Shown here in pieces: positions 1 to 13,937 of a stretch of DNA of 64,000 nt; within the stretch, counting starts at the first letter, position 1, and every line of letters starts with the position of its first letter. The position numbers and the translations under genes are program-made. The stretch comes from Oculina patagonica (taxonomy: Eukaryota). Under the pieces are notes generated by a model. It saw nothing but the letters and a program-made list of their open reading frames with translations, was not told where the DNA came from and searched no databases. Location: positions 26,474,001 to 26,538,000 of the forward strand of contig NC_135766.1 of assembly GCF_052425735.1 (NCBI RefSeq), given 5' to 3'.

Positions 1-495
1 AATGGAATGCCTGTTTCTATGGTAACCACTCAGCCATCAGAGCTGTGTTCAACAGTCCCTCCCTGTCAGCATTGCGGAGCAAGCAGAGTCTTTGAAGTGC
101 AATTTATGCCTGCGTTAATTGGTCAGTTAAAAGTCTCGAAACAGCGATGCTCGACGCACGACCTCAACCCACAAAATACAGTTGAGGACATTGAGAGATG
201 TGAACAATTTTCACAAAAGAATAATAAATTTAATTTGCAAAGTTTAGATAGCAGTATTCACCGAGAGACTAGTGCAACTCTTTCAGAAGATACCGGCCTT
301 CAGGAAGACCAAAGAAGAACGTTCATGGCAGCTGTCAATCAAATGCATGACGTCACAATTGAATTTGGAACTGTGATGGTTTTCTCGTGCTCTAAAAGTT
401 GCTGGACAGAAATGGAAAGTGTTGCTGATAATGGGACTTACTTAGAAGAGTTTTGTTTAGTAGAAGCCGACCCTGATGTTACGTTATTTCAATAA
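1..495 (+). CDS. PDCD2L: Terminal exon of a second PDCD2L copy (gene continues upstream of the window)
   Basis: PDCD2_C-type motifs (CQHCGASRVFEVQFMPALI, IEFGTVMVFSCSKSCW). Inverted paralog of 16001-16505 with about 14 amino-acid differences; ORF open to TAA. Confidence 0.8.
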   Translation, partial: NGMPVSMVTTQPSELCSTVPPCQHCGASRVFEVQFMPALIGQLKVSKQRCSTHDLNPQNTVEDIERCEQFSQKNNKFNLQSLDSSIHRETSATLSEDTGLQEDQRRTFMAAVNQMHDVTIEFGTVMVFSCSKSCWTEMESVADNGTYLEEFCLVEADPDVTLFQ

Positions 496-927
496 AAAGT
501 GTTCAAAACTCTGCTTTGTTTCCGTCGCGTTGTTGCTTTCTCAGTTGGGTAGGAGCCTGGTGTCGATTCTCAACTCGATACTCAATTCATGCGAGAAATT
601 AATTGAGCATCGAGTAGAAAATCATGTTTCGGGAATCGAGTTTCAGGAGATGGAAAAAAAAATATGAGGAGAGCTTACTTGAGTACCGCTTCACTGATTC
701 TTAATAAACATTAAACACATGCAGTAATAAGCAAAACATTGTCTTCGTGTGAACAATTTCGCCGGCAACGCAGGCTTATAGTGTTGGCAAGTGTCTCAAT
801 TCTGTGTAAATCGTCGCCGTCAATAATCGAGGGGCTTACCTAATTCGAAACATTGTGTATAAAAGTCTCGTGGGTCGGATTAGTTAATGTCCTTTGACTC
901 AAAGTTACTCTTATAAGTGCCCTTCAT

Positions 928-1580
928 TCATTCGCTTGCACATGTGATGTCAACCTCATTCGCAAGGTTTTCAACAGTTTCAAAATCCCTCCATTGTATT
1001 TTACGCCCGTTTCTGATGTCCAGAGCAACTTCTTTATAATGACGTTCTAGAACTTTTAAACAATCTTTTTTCTTGCTTCCAGTGCACGGCGTTTGAGCTG
1101 GAGTGACGCTATGAAGGTCGTGATTGAAAAGAACCAAATTATCGGTTGCTGAAATTGAATTATTGTAGCATATCGTCTGATGGTTCCCCGCAGCCTCGTG
1201 TGACAAACAGTAACTAACAAGGATGTTTGGGAAGAGAAACCCTTTGAAATAAGGAACATGATAAGCTGTCTGAGGCTGCGAGAGAGTACTCTCTGTGACA
1301 TGTCGTGGCGCAATTTTGTGGACTGTTGGAAACCGTTCATTGTATGACGCTAGGTCACTGCATATCGACCTCTCTCAAAGAACCAGGCGTAACTTAAAAC
1401 GATGACAACTGGACTTAGAAAACCGTACCATGGTAGAACGTCTTGAAGGCTTCTTCAAAGTTGCGTGTATTAAATCGCTTCAGAATGAACTCTCTGCAGT
1501 GGGTAAAAGTGTCGCTGTAGAGGTAGACAGGAAAATAAGTCATAAAATCAGCAACCATCGGTAATCCAAGCGCTATTTTT
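928..1580 (-). pseudogene. Truncated, frameshifted copy of the 13938-15314 glycosyltransferase
   Basis: Reverse complement matches about 14620-15300 (ADFMTYFPVYLY...SHEAAGNHQTICYNN). It has small deletions and a premature TGA, and the 5' half is missing. Confidence 0.9.
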
Positions 1581-1671
1581 GCCGGATGAATTGAAACTGG
1601 AATATTTATACCGTTTATATGAAGGATCTTCCTCCCTTATTGGTGACTAAAATAATATGAAATTTAATCTG

Positions 1672-1744
1672 GCCTCCGTAGCTCAGTGGTTAGAGCACTG
1701 GTCTTGTAAACCAGGGGTCAAGAGTTCAAATCTCTTCGGAGGCT
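1672..1744 (+). tRNA. tRNA-Thr(TGT)
   Basis: GCCTCCG/CGGAGGC acceptor stem, CTGGT-CT-TGT-AA-ACCAG anticodon arm, AAGAG-TTCAAAT-CTCTT T arm; 73 nt. Confidence 0.93.
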
Positions 1745-2538
1745 GTGTGATCCGAACTCCTTCTCTTTTCGAACATTTTTTTTTGTGTTCATTTTTGGTG
1801 AGGTTGTTGAGCATTTAATTTTTTCCTAAGACTTTTAATTTTCACACGACTAAATTTCACGTAAAGCTGACAGTACGGGAACGAAATGGTTGACATTTCA
1901 CGGATAATTTTTTTTAAAATCTGTAAGTGCGTTGTACTCTAAGCGCATGAAGATATTTTTAGTAAAAATTGAGGTAAACCAACGACACCGAAAAGGGGCA
2001 GTTAATGCTGCCTTAAATGACACCGTATTCTGATTTTGTGGTTTCGCAACTGATCCCGTTTCGAAAATAGTGTTGCGGTAAAAAAATGGCCAAAACGTTC
2101 TGCTTGAAAAGCTAAAGACTTTACTTTTAAAAGAAAGCTTTTTCTTTTTAGTTAGTTTATTGTACTTGTAGTATTGAATCAGAAGGTTTTTATTAGGTTT
2201 TGTTTTCAAATGATTTTTATTTTTTATTTTAAGATTGTTGTAAGCCTGTGTTGTAAAGCGCACTTGGTCTGGATAATGCGCCCTATAAAATTGTAAATAT
2301 TATTATAAAAAGCTATAAAAAGATAAGATGTTATGGTTCATAAATCAAGAGCAGTTCTACTTTGTTCCAAATTTCGTTGTTGTTATCTGAATTAAATTTT
2401 CTTGTTACAGGTTTTTTACTCCCAGCAAACAATGCTGCAACATTTTCAAACCAGGCCGCGTAATACAGTCTGACAAATGACGACTGGGGACGAGTGAGGA
2501 CGTCTTTGTACCTTACTTTTGAGGATAACTGACAAGCA

Positions 2539-3038
2539 NNNNNNNNNNNNNNNNNNNNNNNNNNNNNNNNNNNNNNNNNNNNNNNNNNNNNNNNNNNNNN
2601 NNNNNNNNNNNNNNNNNNNNNNNNNNNNNNNNNNNNNNNNNNNNNNNNNNNNNNNNNNNNNNNNNNNNNNNNNNNNNNNNNNNNNNNNNNNNNNNNNNNN
2701 NNNNNNNNNNNNNNNNNNNNNNNNNNNNNNNNNNNNNNNNNNNNNNNNNNNNNNNNNNNNNNNNNNNNNNNNNNNNNNNNNNNNNNNNNNNNNNNNNNNN
2801 NNNNNNNNNNNNNNNNNNNNNNNNNNNNNNNNNNNNNNNNNNNNNNNNNNNNNNNNNNNNNNNNNNNNNNNNNNNNNNNNNNNNNNNNNNNNNNNNNNNN
2901 NNNNNNNNNNNNNNNNNNNNNNNNNNNNNNNNNNNNNNNNNNNNNNNNNNNNNNNNNNNNNNNNNNNNNNNNNNNNNNNNNNNNNNNNNNNNNNNNNNNN
3001 NNNNNNNNNNNNNNNNNNNNNNNNNNNNNNNNNNNNNN
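2539..3038. other. Assembly gap (500 N)
   Basis: Run of exactly 500 N, typical of a scaffolding spacer. Confidence 0.99.
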
Positions 3039-4622
3039 ATCACTACTTAGGAGCAACCTTGCCCCAAAAAGGAACAACATTTGAAGCTCGAAATGTTATC
3101 TTTGTCAATTGTTTGGGTTGAATTATAATTTGCTAGGTTGCCATGGTAACGCAACATGGTCTTAAGGAACACGCAAAATTACAACTACAGTAGCTTATCT
3201 TCTAACCAGCCAGTTTTGCGATCGTCAGCTTCAATGGTTTAGAGGTGAAAGCAAAATAAAGGATAGATACTCTAAAGATGAGAAAACTGCTTTCAGGCAC
3301 CTTAAACCTACCATAGATGAGTGTCCTTAGCTAAAAACTTTAAGCTCAATGTTTTACACTCAACCTCCACAAACCATATATAAACTTAAGGATTTAAAAA
3401 TACACTTTCTCTTAAAATTGTTTCGCTTTATATTAATGTAACTGTAAAAAGAGAATTACTCAAAAGTGCAATATCATGTTTTCTTTTTATCGTTTTTGTA
3501 ATGATCATGATAAACAATACATCTACAAAAAAAGTTGTTCTTAGAATTTTCACTTTCTCTTTCTCTCTGACTTACCTCGTATCTAATTAACAAAACTCGC
3601 GCGCGCAAAAGCTTTGAAAACACGAGCAGTCGACTTTGTTACCACAGCTGCTTTGTTGGCGTTTTGAAGCCTTTGAAAGCAAACTTTTAGACGTAAAAAG
3701 TCATAAGCTCGAGAAAGCGATTTCATCAGCGGACCTCTCTTGATGATCTTTTGTTGAATATTAGCACATGATAATTATTCAAACCCTGAACCTTCATTCT
3801 GGTGTAAGACCTCGCTTTTGCGCGTGTTGATTGAGGACTGAGTAACGCGGCCTGTATGGTATGGTATTGGTAGTGGTTGCCCAATCTCCCGAGCCAGGGA
3901 CTCATATTAAAAACGCAGGACTATTTGCCTGTTGGTTTATGTTCGTTCCAACTTTCCCAATAACAAATATTAGAAAAGGGAAGCAGCCCCCAAAAATGAA
4001 GCGGGCGGGGACGAGGACATTTGTTTTTACTTGGCCTAATATTTTGTTCTGCTGTGTTAGCTGAGAACGTTAACACTGAAATTTTTTTTTCTTCCGACCC
4101 CCACTACAGAACAACATAATCATGTTCTCTTGTGGGGCAAACTGTCTACGGCTGACAGATCAGCCAAGACACTGCAGGCATTAACAAACTGTATTCGCAA
4201 AAGGGATATAATTCGCTTAATGGACACCGGCTGTAAGGGCTGCATCCTATGCTGCACATAATGCCTCTCAAGTCAAGTCATATATTTTTAGTCATTATTT
4301 ACAATTAGTTAAAGATTTTAACGTTTTTCTATATCATAGATTATAATAACATTTTTATATGACTTATATATATTTTTATTGTATTTATATTAGTATTAGT
4401 GTAGTTTTTAGTTTTTAGCAGTGTCCCCTAATTAGCATGGTGTTATTCTAAGGCTATAAGGTTTTTGACACTTAAATAACGTTTCTTATCTTATCTTATC
4501 TTGTTTCTCTCATACAAAAATTAGAATAATATATAAGATCGGCTAATTTACATATTGCGGCCTGGTTTAAAATAAAAAAGGCAATTTTGGTTTTTCTTGT
4601 GTCATAATTCACGAAAGCAATC

Positions 4623-7192
4623 ATGGCTGCTTTGCAATGCGTCAAACGTCTGACCGTTCAACGTTTTGTTCTTCGATGTCTGTTTCCCTTTATGTTTCTT
4701 CTTTGTGTTTGGTGTATGATTAACCTTCACAAATCGCTGTCTTTGGAGACAAAAATACAAGACATAGCCTTTCCAGCATCGGAAACAGCTAACATAAACA
4801 CGATTTTATTAACGACTGAAGATTTAAAAAACGCCTTCATTAAAACAAATGGCTTCCTTGCTGCCACGAGGAAAAACCGCGGTAAAACTACTGGCTCTGC
4901 AGTTTGTGTTGTGGATCCTGCGATTACAGATTGTCAAAACATTGGCTTTGCGGCTTTTCTCCTTTATACTTTAGATTATATACTCTTTTGTCAGGCTTTG
5001 GGGATTAACCGAGCAACTGTGTTTTGGAGAGCTTGTAATTCAGTTTGCTCGAGGGATCCTACAGTGAATTCGTGGGACTGGTATTTTGAACCTGTTAATC
5101 GCGGATTGGAATCGAAAGTCGAAAACGTTTTTTGTCCTTTGAGGTTTGACGGCCCCCCTTCCGTCGATGTGGGAACAATTATAGACAACAGCTTCAAGAA
5201 CCGAACTGATGTGGATGGATTCGAAAATGCCAGAATAATAACCACACATGACGAATGAGAGTAAATAAACTGATTCAACAGTACGTTAAACCTAATTCTA
5301 GAATAAAGGAAAAAGTAAGGATGTTTTACCAGCGATATCTGGCAGGGTTCACTGTTTTAGGAGTTCACGTTCGAGGTACAGATCATTGGATGGAAACAAG
5401 CGAGAGAAGGCTGCCATCTTTGATGAGTTGGGTTAAGAGAGCACGGTCAATTCTTGAGACGTTGCCGCGACCAAGAAAGATTTTTGTTGCTAGTGACAAC
5501 AGTGAAGTTATAAAGAAATTTGTGATTTATTTTGGGAAGAAATCGGTGAGTTTTGTCTTTAGTTTTGATACTTTATGCAATACAGAGTGTTTTTAAAACT
5601 TAGAGTTTTAGTGTTTTATTAATTTTTGCAAGCAAATTTCGTCTATCGAACTGAAAAAAAAAGAAAGAAATTTGAAAAGAATCACAAAAGACCGGTAAAT
5701 ACACTAACGAACAAAACAGCTACGTTTTTCACTTTTAACACCTATTGTCGTTTTGTTTAATTAGTGTCATTTGTTGTGGTTTCTTGATTTGTTTTTAAAC
5801 GATAGTCGGGCCGACATAACTACCACCTGAGTCAGATGGACGAGTTTTGTAAAGCAATTTCACTTGTAAATCAGGCTAACTGAAGAAATTAACAACTCGC
5901 ATCGTTAGTACAATTAGTCAGTAATTGTTCCTTCTTTTTAACTAAGCTATACCCAATCTTATCCAACTCAGGGACTCGTTTGCGCGTTGAGTTTCAGAGC
6001 TTGAGTTCAGATTTGAAATAGCCTGCAAATCAACCGCCTTTTTATCTCCGCGGTTTGTTTTCTCCCAAGCGAAACGACAAAAAGGTCTTCGTACAAGCTA
6101 AATTCGAATTCGGAGAAAATCCACTGCGTTACAAAAAAAATCTATGTCGGCTTTAAGTCGTTGGTGAATGGCCCCATTTATGGAAGCGAAATTTTATCAA
6201 GTTTGCAACTGACTTTGTGTTTTTGTTTGTACCCAGGTGGCCTGACTTATTCTGGTCCTCATTTATGGATGCGACATTTTATCAAGTTTGCAACTGACTT
6301 TGTTTTTGTTGTTTTTTTTTGTGCTCAGGTTGTTTACACGGAGGCTGTCAGAGCAAAAGGATATCACGATCAAATCGCCCCGCATGCTCCTGAGTTCAGA
6401 CACAATGCCGCTGACTCATACGAGCGAGAAATTGGCACTCAAGTGTTGATGGATATTCTGCTGTTAGCCAAGTGTGATCACTTCTTACACACCGAGTCCA
6501 GCGTAGCCTCCCTTGCCAGCTACTTCAACCCACATATGACCAGCTACTTCCTGCAGGATGAAAAACATAACAAGGTTTGTTTGATTCTTCAAAGATAATC
6601 ACAGCCAAGAACCAGAACTTTAGTTTAGTTTGGACCATTTGTGGGCCCTCAGCTTATTTTCAGGCCAAACTAAGACCCGCGGCGCTGAGAAAAATTATTT
6701 TTGAGAGTGAGCCTTCCCCCCCACCCTTCTTATTCTTGGAGTTTGGATGATCGCTCTCCCCCCCCCCCCCCCCCTCCCACTTACCTGAAAGTCTGAATCC
6801 GTCACTGGATATTCTATTGGGACAAAACCCCGGTAATACGAGCGCCGTTACCGTTCAGCTCTGATTTTTCACTTTGAAATGAAAAATCAAAGCTACGTGA
6901 AAAATATTAAAATATCCGTTGTGCTGTAATATATTGTTTTACATTTTTCACTCCCTTAAGGTTTTTTACCAAAATTATTACTTTGCAGAAGCCCAGAAAG
7001 TTTCGTAAAAGAAAAACAACTCCAAAAGCGGAAATAAGAAAAACTGAACTGGAAAGGCTTGAAGGAAGTGAAGATTTTGTTGAAATGGTAAAGTGTTTTC
7101 AGAGTAATTCTGCGGAGAGTGCTTGTCCAAATTCTGCTAAGGGAATATTTGTTAATTTTCAAGAGGCACTTAATATATTTAGAAGGCTTTAA
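4623..7192 (+). pseudogene. NodZ/FUT8-like (GT23-type) fucosyltransferase copy 1, with a 1-nt frameshift near 5250; exons 4623-5545, 6329-6574, 6989-7192
   Basis: N-terminal TM segment; GVHVRGTD, IFVASD and DILLLAKCDHFLHTESSV motifs; GT-AG introns. ACACATGACGAATG versus paralog ACACAGGAACGGATG shows a 1-nt loss, which could be a sequencing error. Confidence 0.75.
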
Positions 7193-8546
7193 GAATTTAG
7201 TAATTAAAACAAAATGAAAATCTGTTTTATCGTTACGTTATTGTAATAAAAGAACATTAAAATCATTGTTGTGACTTTTCATTTACTGTTTTCTTGCAAA
7301 TTTGATTAAGCAGTTGCTCACATGTTATAGGAAAAAACGTTTCTTTAATAAAATTCGCCATGACAAGATTTCTATGAAAAACGCAATTCAACGAAATTTA
7401 ATGGGCAACTGTCTATCTAAGCGGTCCATATTGCAAAATCCTTAACCTTCAGTGATTTTGATGTGATGATTCAAGTAACCAAGGAATAGAACATTCTCCC
7501 AACAATTCAGGAATTGTTATTGGGCATCGCGCGCCCCAGGCGATGACGGGAAGTTTTAAGGTTATGCACCTGTTATCTCTTATTCATCAAAAATAATTGA
7601 ACGGCTTCAATGAACAAAAAATATATTAATATCATTTATTGAAAACAGCGAAGGCCTTTACGAATCTGTAGGAAAACCTTTCTCGAAATAGCTTTGTGTA
7701 TGTGTCAAAACTGCCTTATAATCATCAGTGTAAGGCCGTCGAATTTAAATCTATTTTTTTGGATTATTGCTTCACAATCGTTTTGCAGTGCTGCTAGCTA
7801 ACTTTATTTGTAATAGCAATGAAATCCACAGACACAGCATGAAAACAAAACACTACTGTGGTATAAAGCTCAAGTAAAATTGGCGTAAATCTGGAATTTA
7901 ATTAGCAATATAAAAAAAATAAACACTAGATTTTAACTCATGAATGCAGTCTGAAAACCGGTGCAGTTTACCTTCGTGGCGTGAAAATCCTTTTGAAATG
8001 AACAAACAACGACAAACTACGAACAGTAAGCTACAACTTGATTTTGTAGATAAAAGAAATAAATACTCGCCTTTTGAAGAACTTCGAGGCCTTTAATTAC
8101 ACTCCTCTTTTGTCCTTTCACATTGTTGGTGAGAAGATTTTTTGATTTTGGAGAGCAAAACTTTCATGTGTTCATGGTGACATCGTCTCCCTGCTAAGGG
8201 CGCGTTCGTTTAAAATTTTCTGGAATAGGAATCTATTCCGGAATACTAAGTTGGTTTTTCCAAGCGAACGCGCCCCAAATGATTTCGCGCGGTAAGCGGT
8301 CCGTACGCGGGGTCCGGATGGGAAAATCCGAACCGCCGGAGCGCGTGCAGTTAGCCAATAGAGTTTCAAGGGTTATTAAAGGGGGACCGCTGAGTTTTCG
8401 AGAAAAAAAATAAAATTATTTATTTTAGTCGATCCTCGAACAAAACCCGAAATAATGAGATCGGCTAATTTGCATTTTGTGGCTTGGTTTAAAGTTAAAA
8501 GGCAGTTTTGGTTTTCCTTGTGTCATAATATGCAAGACTAGCAGTT

Positions 8547-11500
8547 ATGGCTGTTTTGCGATGCGTCAAACGTCTGAACGTTCAACGTTTTGTTCTTCGA
8601 TATCTCGTGCCCTTAATATTCCTGCTTTCTATTTGGTTCATGTTCAACTGTCACAAATCGCTGTCTTTGGAGACAAAAATACAAGACATGGCCTTTTCAG
8701 CATCGGAAACTAACATCAACACGATTTTAATAAAGACTAAAGATTTAAAAAACGCCTACATTAAAACAAACGGCTTCCTTGCGGCAACGAGGAAAAACCG
8801 CGGTAAAACTACTGGCTCTGCAGTGTGTGTTGTAGATCCTACGATAGCAGAGTGTGGAGGCAGTGGCTTTGCGTCTCTCCTCCTTTACACGTTGGATCAT
8901 ATCATCTTTTGTCGGGCTTTGGGAATTAACCAAGCAACTGTGTTTTGGAGAGCTTGTAATTCAGTTTGCTCGAGGGATCCCACAGTGAATTCGTGGGACT
9001 GGTATTTTGAACCTGTTAATCGCGGATTGGAGTCGAAAGTTGAAAACGTTTTTTGTCCATTGAGGTTAGACGGCCCCGCTTACGTCGATGTGGGCACAAT
9101 TATAAACAATAGTTTTAGGAACCGAACTGATGTGGATGGATTTGAAGATGGAAAAATAATAACCACACAGGAACGGATGAGAGTAAATAAACTGATTCAA
9201 CAGTACGTTAAACCCAATTCTAGAATAAAGGAGAAAATATGGATGTTTTACCAGAGATATCTGGCAGGGTTCACTGTTTTAGGAGTTCACGTTCGAGGTA
9301 CAGATCACTGGGAAGAAACAAGCGAGAGAAGGCTGCCATCTTTGATGAGTTGGGTTAAGAGAACACAGTCAATTCTTGAGACGTTACCGCGACCAAGAAA
9401 GATTTTCATTGCTAGTGACAACAATGAAGTTATAAAGAAATTTCTGGCTTACTTTGGAAAAGAAACGGTGAGTTTTACATTTACATATTTGTCATTAATA
9501 CTTACTTAATGCAATATCGTGCCAGTTGTTTATACTAGTTTTAGTGTTTCATTGGTTTTCCTACGGAAAAGGCCGAAACAAAAGACCAGTGAATAAATTA
9601 ACAAAACAGTCACCGTTGACTTGTTCATCACTTTTTGACAGCTATTTCTTGATGTTTGATTAGCGTCATTTGTTTCAATATTATGTTTTTGGACGATGAT
9701 TTCAAATTCCACAGTGCTTTTCACGTTACCAGATCGATGAGAAGCACACATGTTCCTCATCAAACGTGTCTGTATTTTATTGTCAATTTACACATAGAAA
9801 CAGGTGTCTTCTATGAAAAATATAAATCGTACTTCATAATACTAATAGAAATTTAAAGACAGTGCACTCCCTTACCGAAGTGATTTTCAGAAAAGTCTTG
9901 CAGCTAGGAGAAAATAAACTTGAAATAAAATTAACTAATGAAAAAGTTAAAAACTGTGCATTGTGAGATAAAACTGAGCTAACAAGTGACAACAAAAAGT
10001 GCTCTAAAACTGATTTTTAATTTTTCGTTTTGGTAGTACTGTTTGTTTTTGTCATGCATGTCTACATCAAAGGCAATTAAGCCAACCTGGCAAACCAGAG
10101 CTACCTATTTTAGTTGGAGTCAGGCGGATGAGTTTAATGAAAAAATGAGTTTAATTAATGAGACAAACAGAAGAAATTTACAACTTCCTGGTTGGGGTGA
10201 TTAGTTGATTGTTTCTTCTGTTTTGTATGGGCTATCTTCACGAAATCCACTTGCTCTTTTTCCACGCTTGATAATTGTATAAACAATAGTGCGATTTTTT
10301 TAAAGCAACTTAAGCGAGCTTTCAACTGAAACGCATTTAATTCGAGTGATTGAAATATGAAGCAAAAATTTCGCCCAAGAATTTATAACTTTACTGCCGG
10401 CTGTTTTCTTTTTTAAATTTTTATAGCAAGGCTTAAACGTTTCTATTTAATATCGATGGGGACGACATAGAGATAGCTTAGAAAAGAAGCCGCCTGCTTA
10501 TTACATACAGGATGTCATGCTGTTATCCCCCCATCAAAATATTTCCGCAATAATTTTGAAACTTTTTTTCGAAGTTTTTTTTTAATATAAATATCGCTTT
10601 AATTTACTTGGTTTTAATTCAGGGTGAAATGTAAATCCACTACATTCAATTACAAAAGACAGACTCGAACGTCATTCGCTAATGATGTAAATCCGGCGTA
10701 GTTATTTGTGTTCTCATTTTAAAGAAAAATCTACGCCAGTGAAATACTATCGTGCAAATTAACGTTTCTCGATGATGTCTTTGGTGAAACTGTTGTGTGT
10801 TTTTCTCATACCCAGGTTGTTTTCACGGAAGCTGTCAGAGCAAAAGGATATCACGATCAAATCCCACCGCATAATTTTGAATTCAAGCACAATGCCGCTG
10901 ACCCATATGAGCGAGAAATTGGTACTCAAGTGTTGATGGATATTCTGCTGTTAGCCAAGTGTGATCACTTCTTACACACCGAGTCCAGCGTAGCCTCTCT
11001 TGCCAGCTACTTCAACCCACATATGACCAGCTACTTCTTGCAGGATGAAAAACATACCAAGGTTTGTTTAAAATTTCGAGTCCCGAGTCATGAAGACTGA
11101 TAATGATCAACCTATCCTAATCGATAGAGCAGTTTTTAATTGATTGTCGTAAAACCAAAAGTAAAGTCATTACTCTGGCCAATCAAATTGTGAACCAATC
11201 AAAACTCGAAGCAAGTAAACATAGCCGGCACGAAGCGCGGGAAAACGTGCATGAGCAATTTAGTTTTTTCAATTTTTAGTTTTACTTCTGATTGGTTGAG
11301 AAAGTGGGGCATGATTTTTCAACCAATCAATAAGCGTAGTAATTCAAAACCAAAGCGAACGAAATTAACTTTCGAAACTCAAGTGAAAACCGCTCTATGC
11401 ATATTTCTGTTGGCCTGTCATATTTTAGAAGTTCATTCTTCCCTTTCGTTTCTTAACTAACGGAACTATTTTGCAGGAGCCAAAAGAGCTTCGTGAAAGA

Positions 11501-11674
11501 AAAAGACCTGAAAGAACAAAAGAACCAGAACTGGAAAATCTTGATAAAAGTGAAGATTTTGTTCATTTTGCTGAGTGTTTTCAGAGCAATTCTGCGGAAA
11601 GTGCTTGTCCAAATACTGCAAAAGGAATATTTGTTAGTTTTCAAGAGGCATTTGATATTTTTAGACCGCTCTGA
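8547..11674 (+). CDS. NodZ/FUT8-like fucosyltransferase copy 2 (about 454 aa, type II membrane); exons 8547-9467, 10816-11061, 11477-11674
   Basis: Phase-0 GT-AG introns give a continuous frame. GDP-fucose-binding motifs HVRGTD, IFIASD and DxxLLxxCDxF are present. Confidence 0.85.
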
Positions 11675-12751
11675 GAACCATTTTAAAACAAAAAAAATAT
11701 CATTTATTGTTACGTTATTCGATTCATGCCACGTAACGTTTCAATAAAATAACATTTTAGTCATTGCGCATGCTGTCAGTTCTTTTTTATCGTTGTTTCA
11801 TAAAATCGATTTTGCAGCTGCTAAAGAAAATTAAAACAGCCAGGTTTTTGCTTGATGTAGGAGAATATTTATTCAGCGTTTTGATGTGATGATCCACTGA
11901 TTATCAAGACCCTTTTACATGCAATGATCTGCGGAACAGAACTTTAAAAGGGAACTTCCACTCTCATGACAAGATGAAGTTGAATTGTGTGAAATAAAAC
12001 CTAAATCCAAATTTTACACGATAGGGGAAAAATAACGTTTGGTTTATTGCTTTTGCCATTTTGGATTTTATGCTCGAGATCATCTGCTTCCAAACAATAC
12101 GGGCAACCATTACACGTCATAAAATCCAAATTGCCAAAGATGGGAGTTTTAACGTTTAATTGACCTGTTTAATTATCCCTTGCTTTCCAAAAATGATCCA
12201 ACGGCTTTAATTAGTTCATATAAGTGAAGTGATACGCTTGTCTCCAGTCGACCTCAAACTTGTTAAAAAAATCTCTTTTTTAAATCTTGCTTTATTTTTT
12301 GGACCATGGGTTTACAATCATTTTGTAGTTCTTCCTTAGTTAAGAAATAATCAGTGCAATATACAAGGTCAAAAAGGGTCTTTTTTAACTGGTGGGAGGG
12401 GGTGGGTACTTTTATTGCATTTTAACAAGTCTCTGCGTCTTTTTCGATTCGCTCAAACACCTTAAAAACGTGATTCGGAAATAACATTTTTGTGTTGGAA
12501 CTGTTATGCTGAGAACCACTTTTCTTTTTTTTTTTCAAGTTTATTTTAAGTTTGTATGCAATGTGAATAAACATCAATTTCATTGGCCTGCCATCTTACC
12601 ACCCCGGCTACTAAGTATCGAAAGAATAACTTCAACTTTCATTTTTTCGAGCTTCAATAAACCGAAACTCTTTAGTTGTAAGGAATTGCTAAAGTATTTT
12701 GCGTTCTTTTTCTGCAAATAGTAAACTAGAACAAAAAAGGAAATGGTCCTT

Positions 12752-12824
12752 AGCCTCCGAAGAGATTTAAACTCTTGACCCCTGGTTTACAAGACCAGTG
12801 CTCTAACCACTGAGCTACGGAGGC
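12752..12824 (-). tRNA. tRNA-Thr(TGT) with T-loop variant TTTAAAT (possibly nonfunctional)
   Basis: Same as 1672-1744 except C56>T in the B-box. Confidence 0.8.
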
Positions 12825-13937
12825 CAGATTAAATTTCATATTATTTTAGTCACCAATAAGGGAGGAAGATCCTTCATTTAAACGGTATAAATATTCCAGT
12901 CTATGTAAAAACTGAAAAAATGTTTAAAGGAAGTTGTTGTCTAGTCCGTCGAGTTCTGAAGTCAAAAATCGAAAGCCAAAAGCGGACAAGACAGCGGACC
13001 GAAGAGACTGTAGCCTTTTCTCTCTCCCCCTCCCCCGCCTAAGGACGCAACCCAGGCTGTAGGTACATGTACGTGCTGCGGACCTATGCTTTGGCTGACT
13101 ACCTTTTTATAGGAAATTAACGATACATGTTATTAACGCGATTTTCAAAAATTCGCGTTAATTTTATTGATGTTAACTTTTTTTACTATAAGGATTTTAC
13201 CAGAACTTTTCTTAAATTCGCGTTAATTTTATTACGCGTAAATTTTCTTCGCGTTGTTAAAATGTTTCGTTATATTCCTATAATAAGGTAATTACGTGCC
13301 ATACCGATCTAAACCGTTGTATTTGCATACAGCCCATTGCAAACGGGCATTACAAATTACATTGGGTAGATAACCTAAACTTTTAAGAACTTTCAAGACC
13401 TTAGCGTGAAACGATTTCATTGAAATATGCCACTGGCAGAAAAATTTAAGTTAAAGTTTTCAAACATTAAAAATCATGAAATCAGTAACAGATCACAAGT
13501 CACCCGAAACTTGAATATAAAAATCTGCAACTACAAGATGAGCAACACATAACACGATATCAGACTTAACAGGAATAGCTGAAGCCTAGTTGAGATTTAG
13601 ACTGAACCGACTCGCTGCCATGGCTCGTTGCGTAGCACACTAAACAATAGAAAGGAAATAATGTAAAATATATTATTAATGCGTGCAGTGTTTTGCATAC
13701 GATGGGCTAAATCGTCTTCATAATAAATAAAACCTTTGCTGCATGATGCTCAGTTGTAGATTTGGAAGAAACAGATGATTACAAACACCAAACTTGATAA
13801 ATTTAACCTAAATGGTTCAAGATCACCCATCTTTGACCAGCGCCTGAACTACGGTTAAAAAACAATGTAAACAGCATGTATAAGCCGGTCAGTCGCTGGT
13901 GGCGTCATACGATTTCACCTGTGAAGACTGCAATGCA

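Noticed and set aside
2331-3121. Long ORFs in the ORF track
   Set aside because: Artefacts of the N gap.
8547-11674. Bacterial contamination or recent horizontal transfer of nodZ
   Set aside because: The genes have spliceosomal introns, a Golgi-type TM anchor and animal neighbours. The motifs are shared across the fucosyltransferase superfamily.
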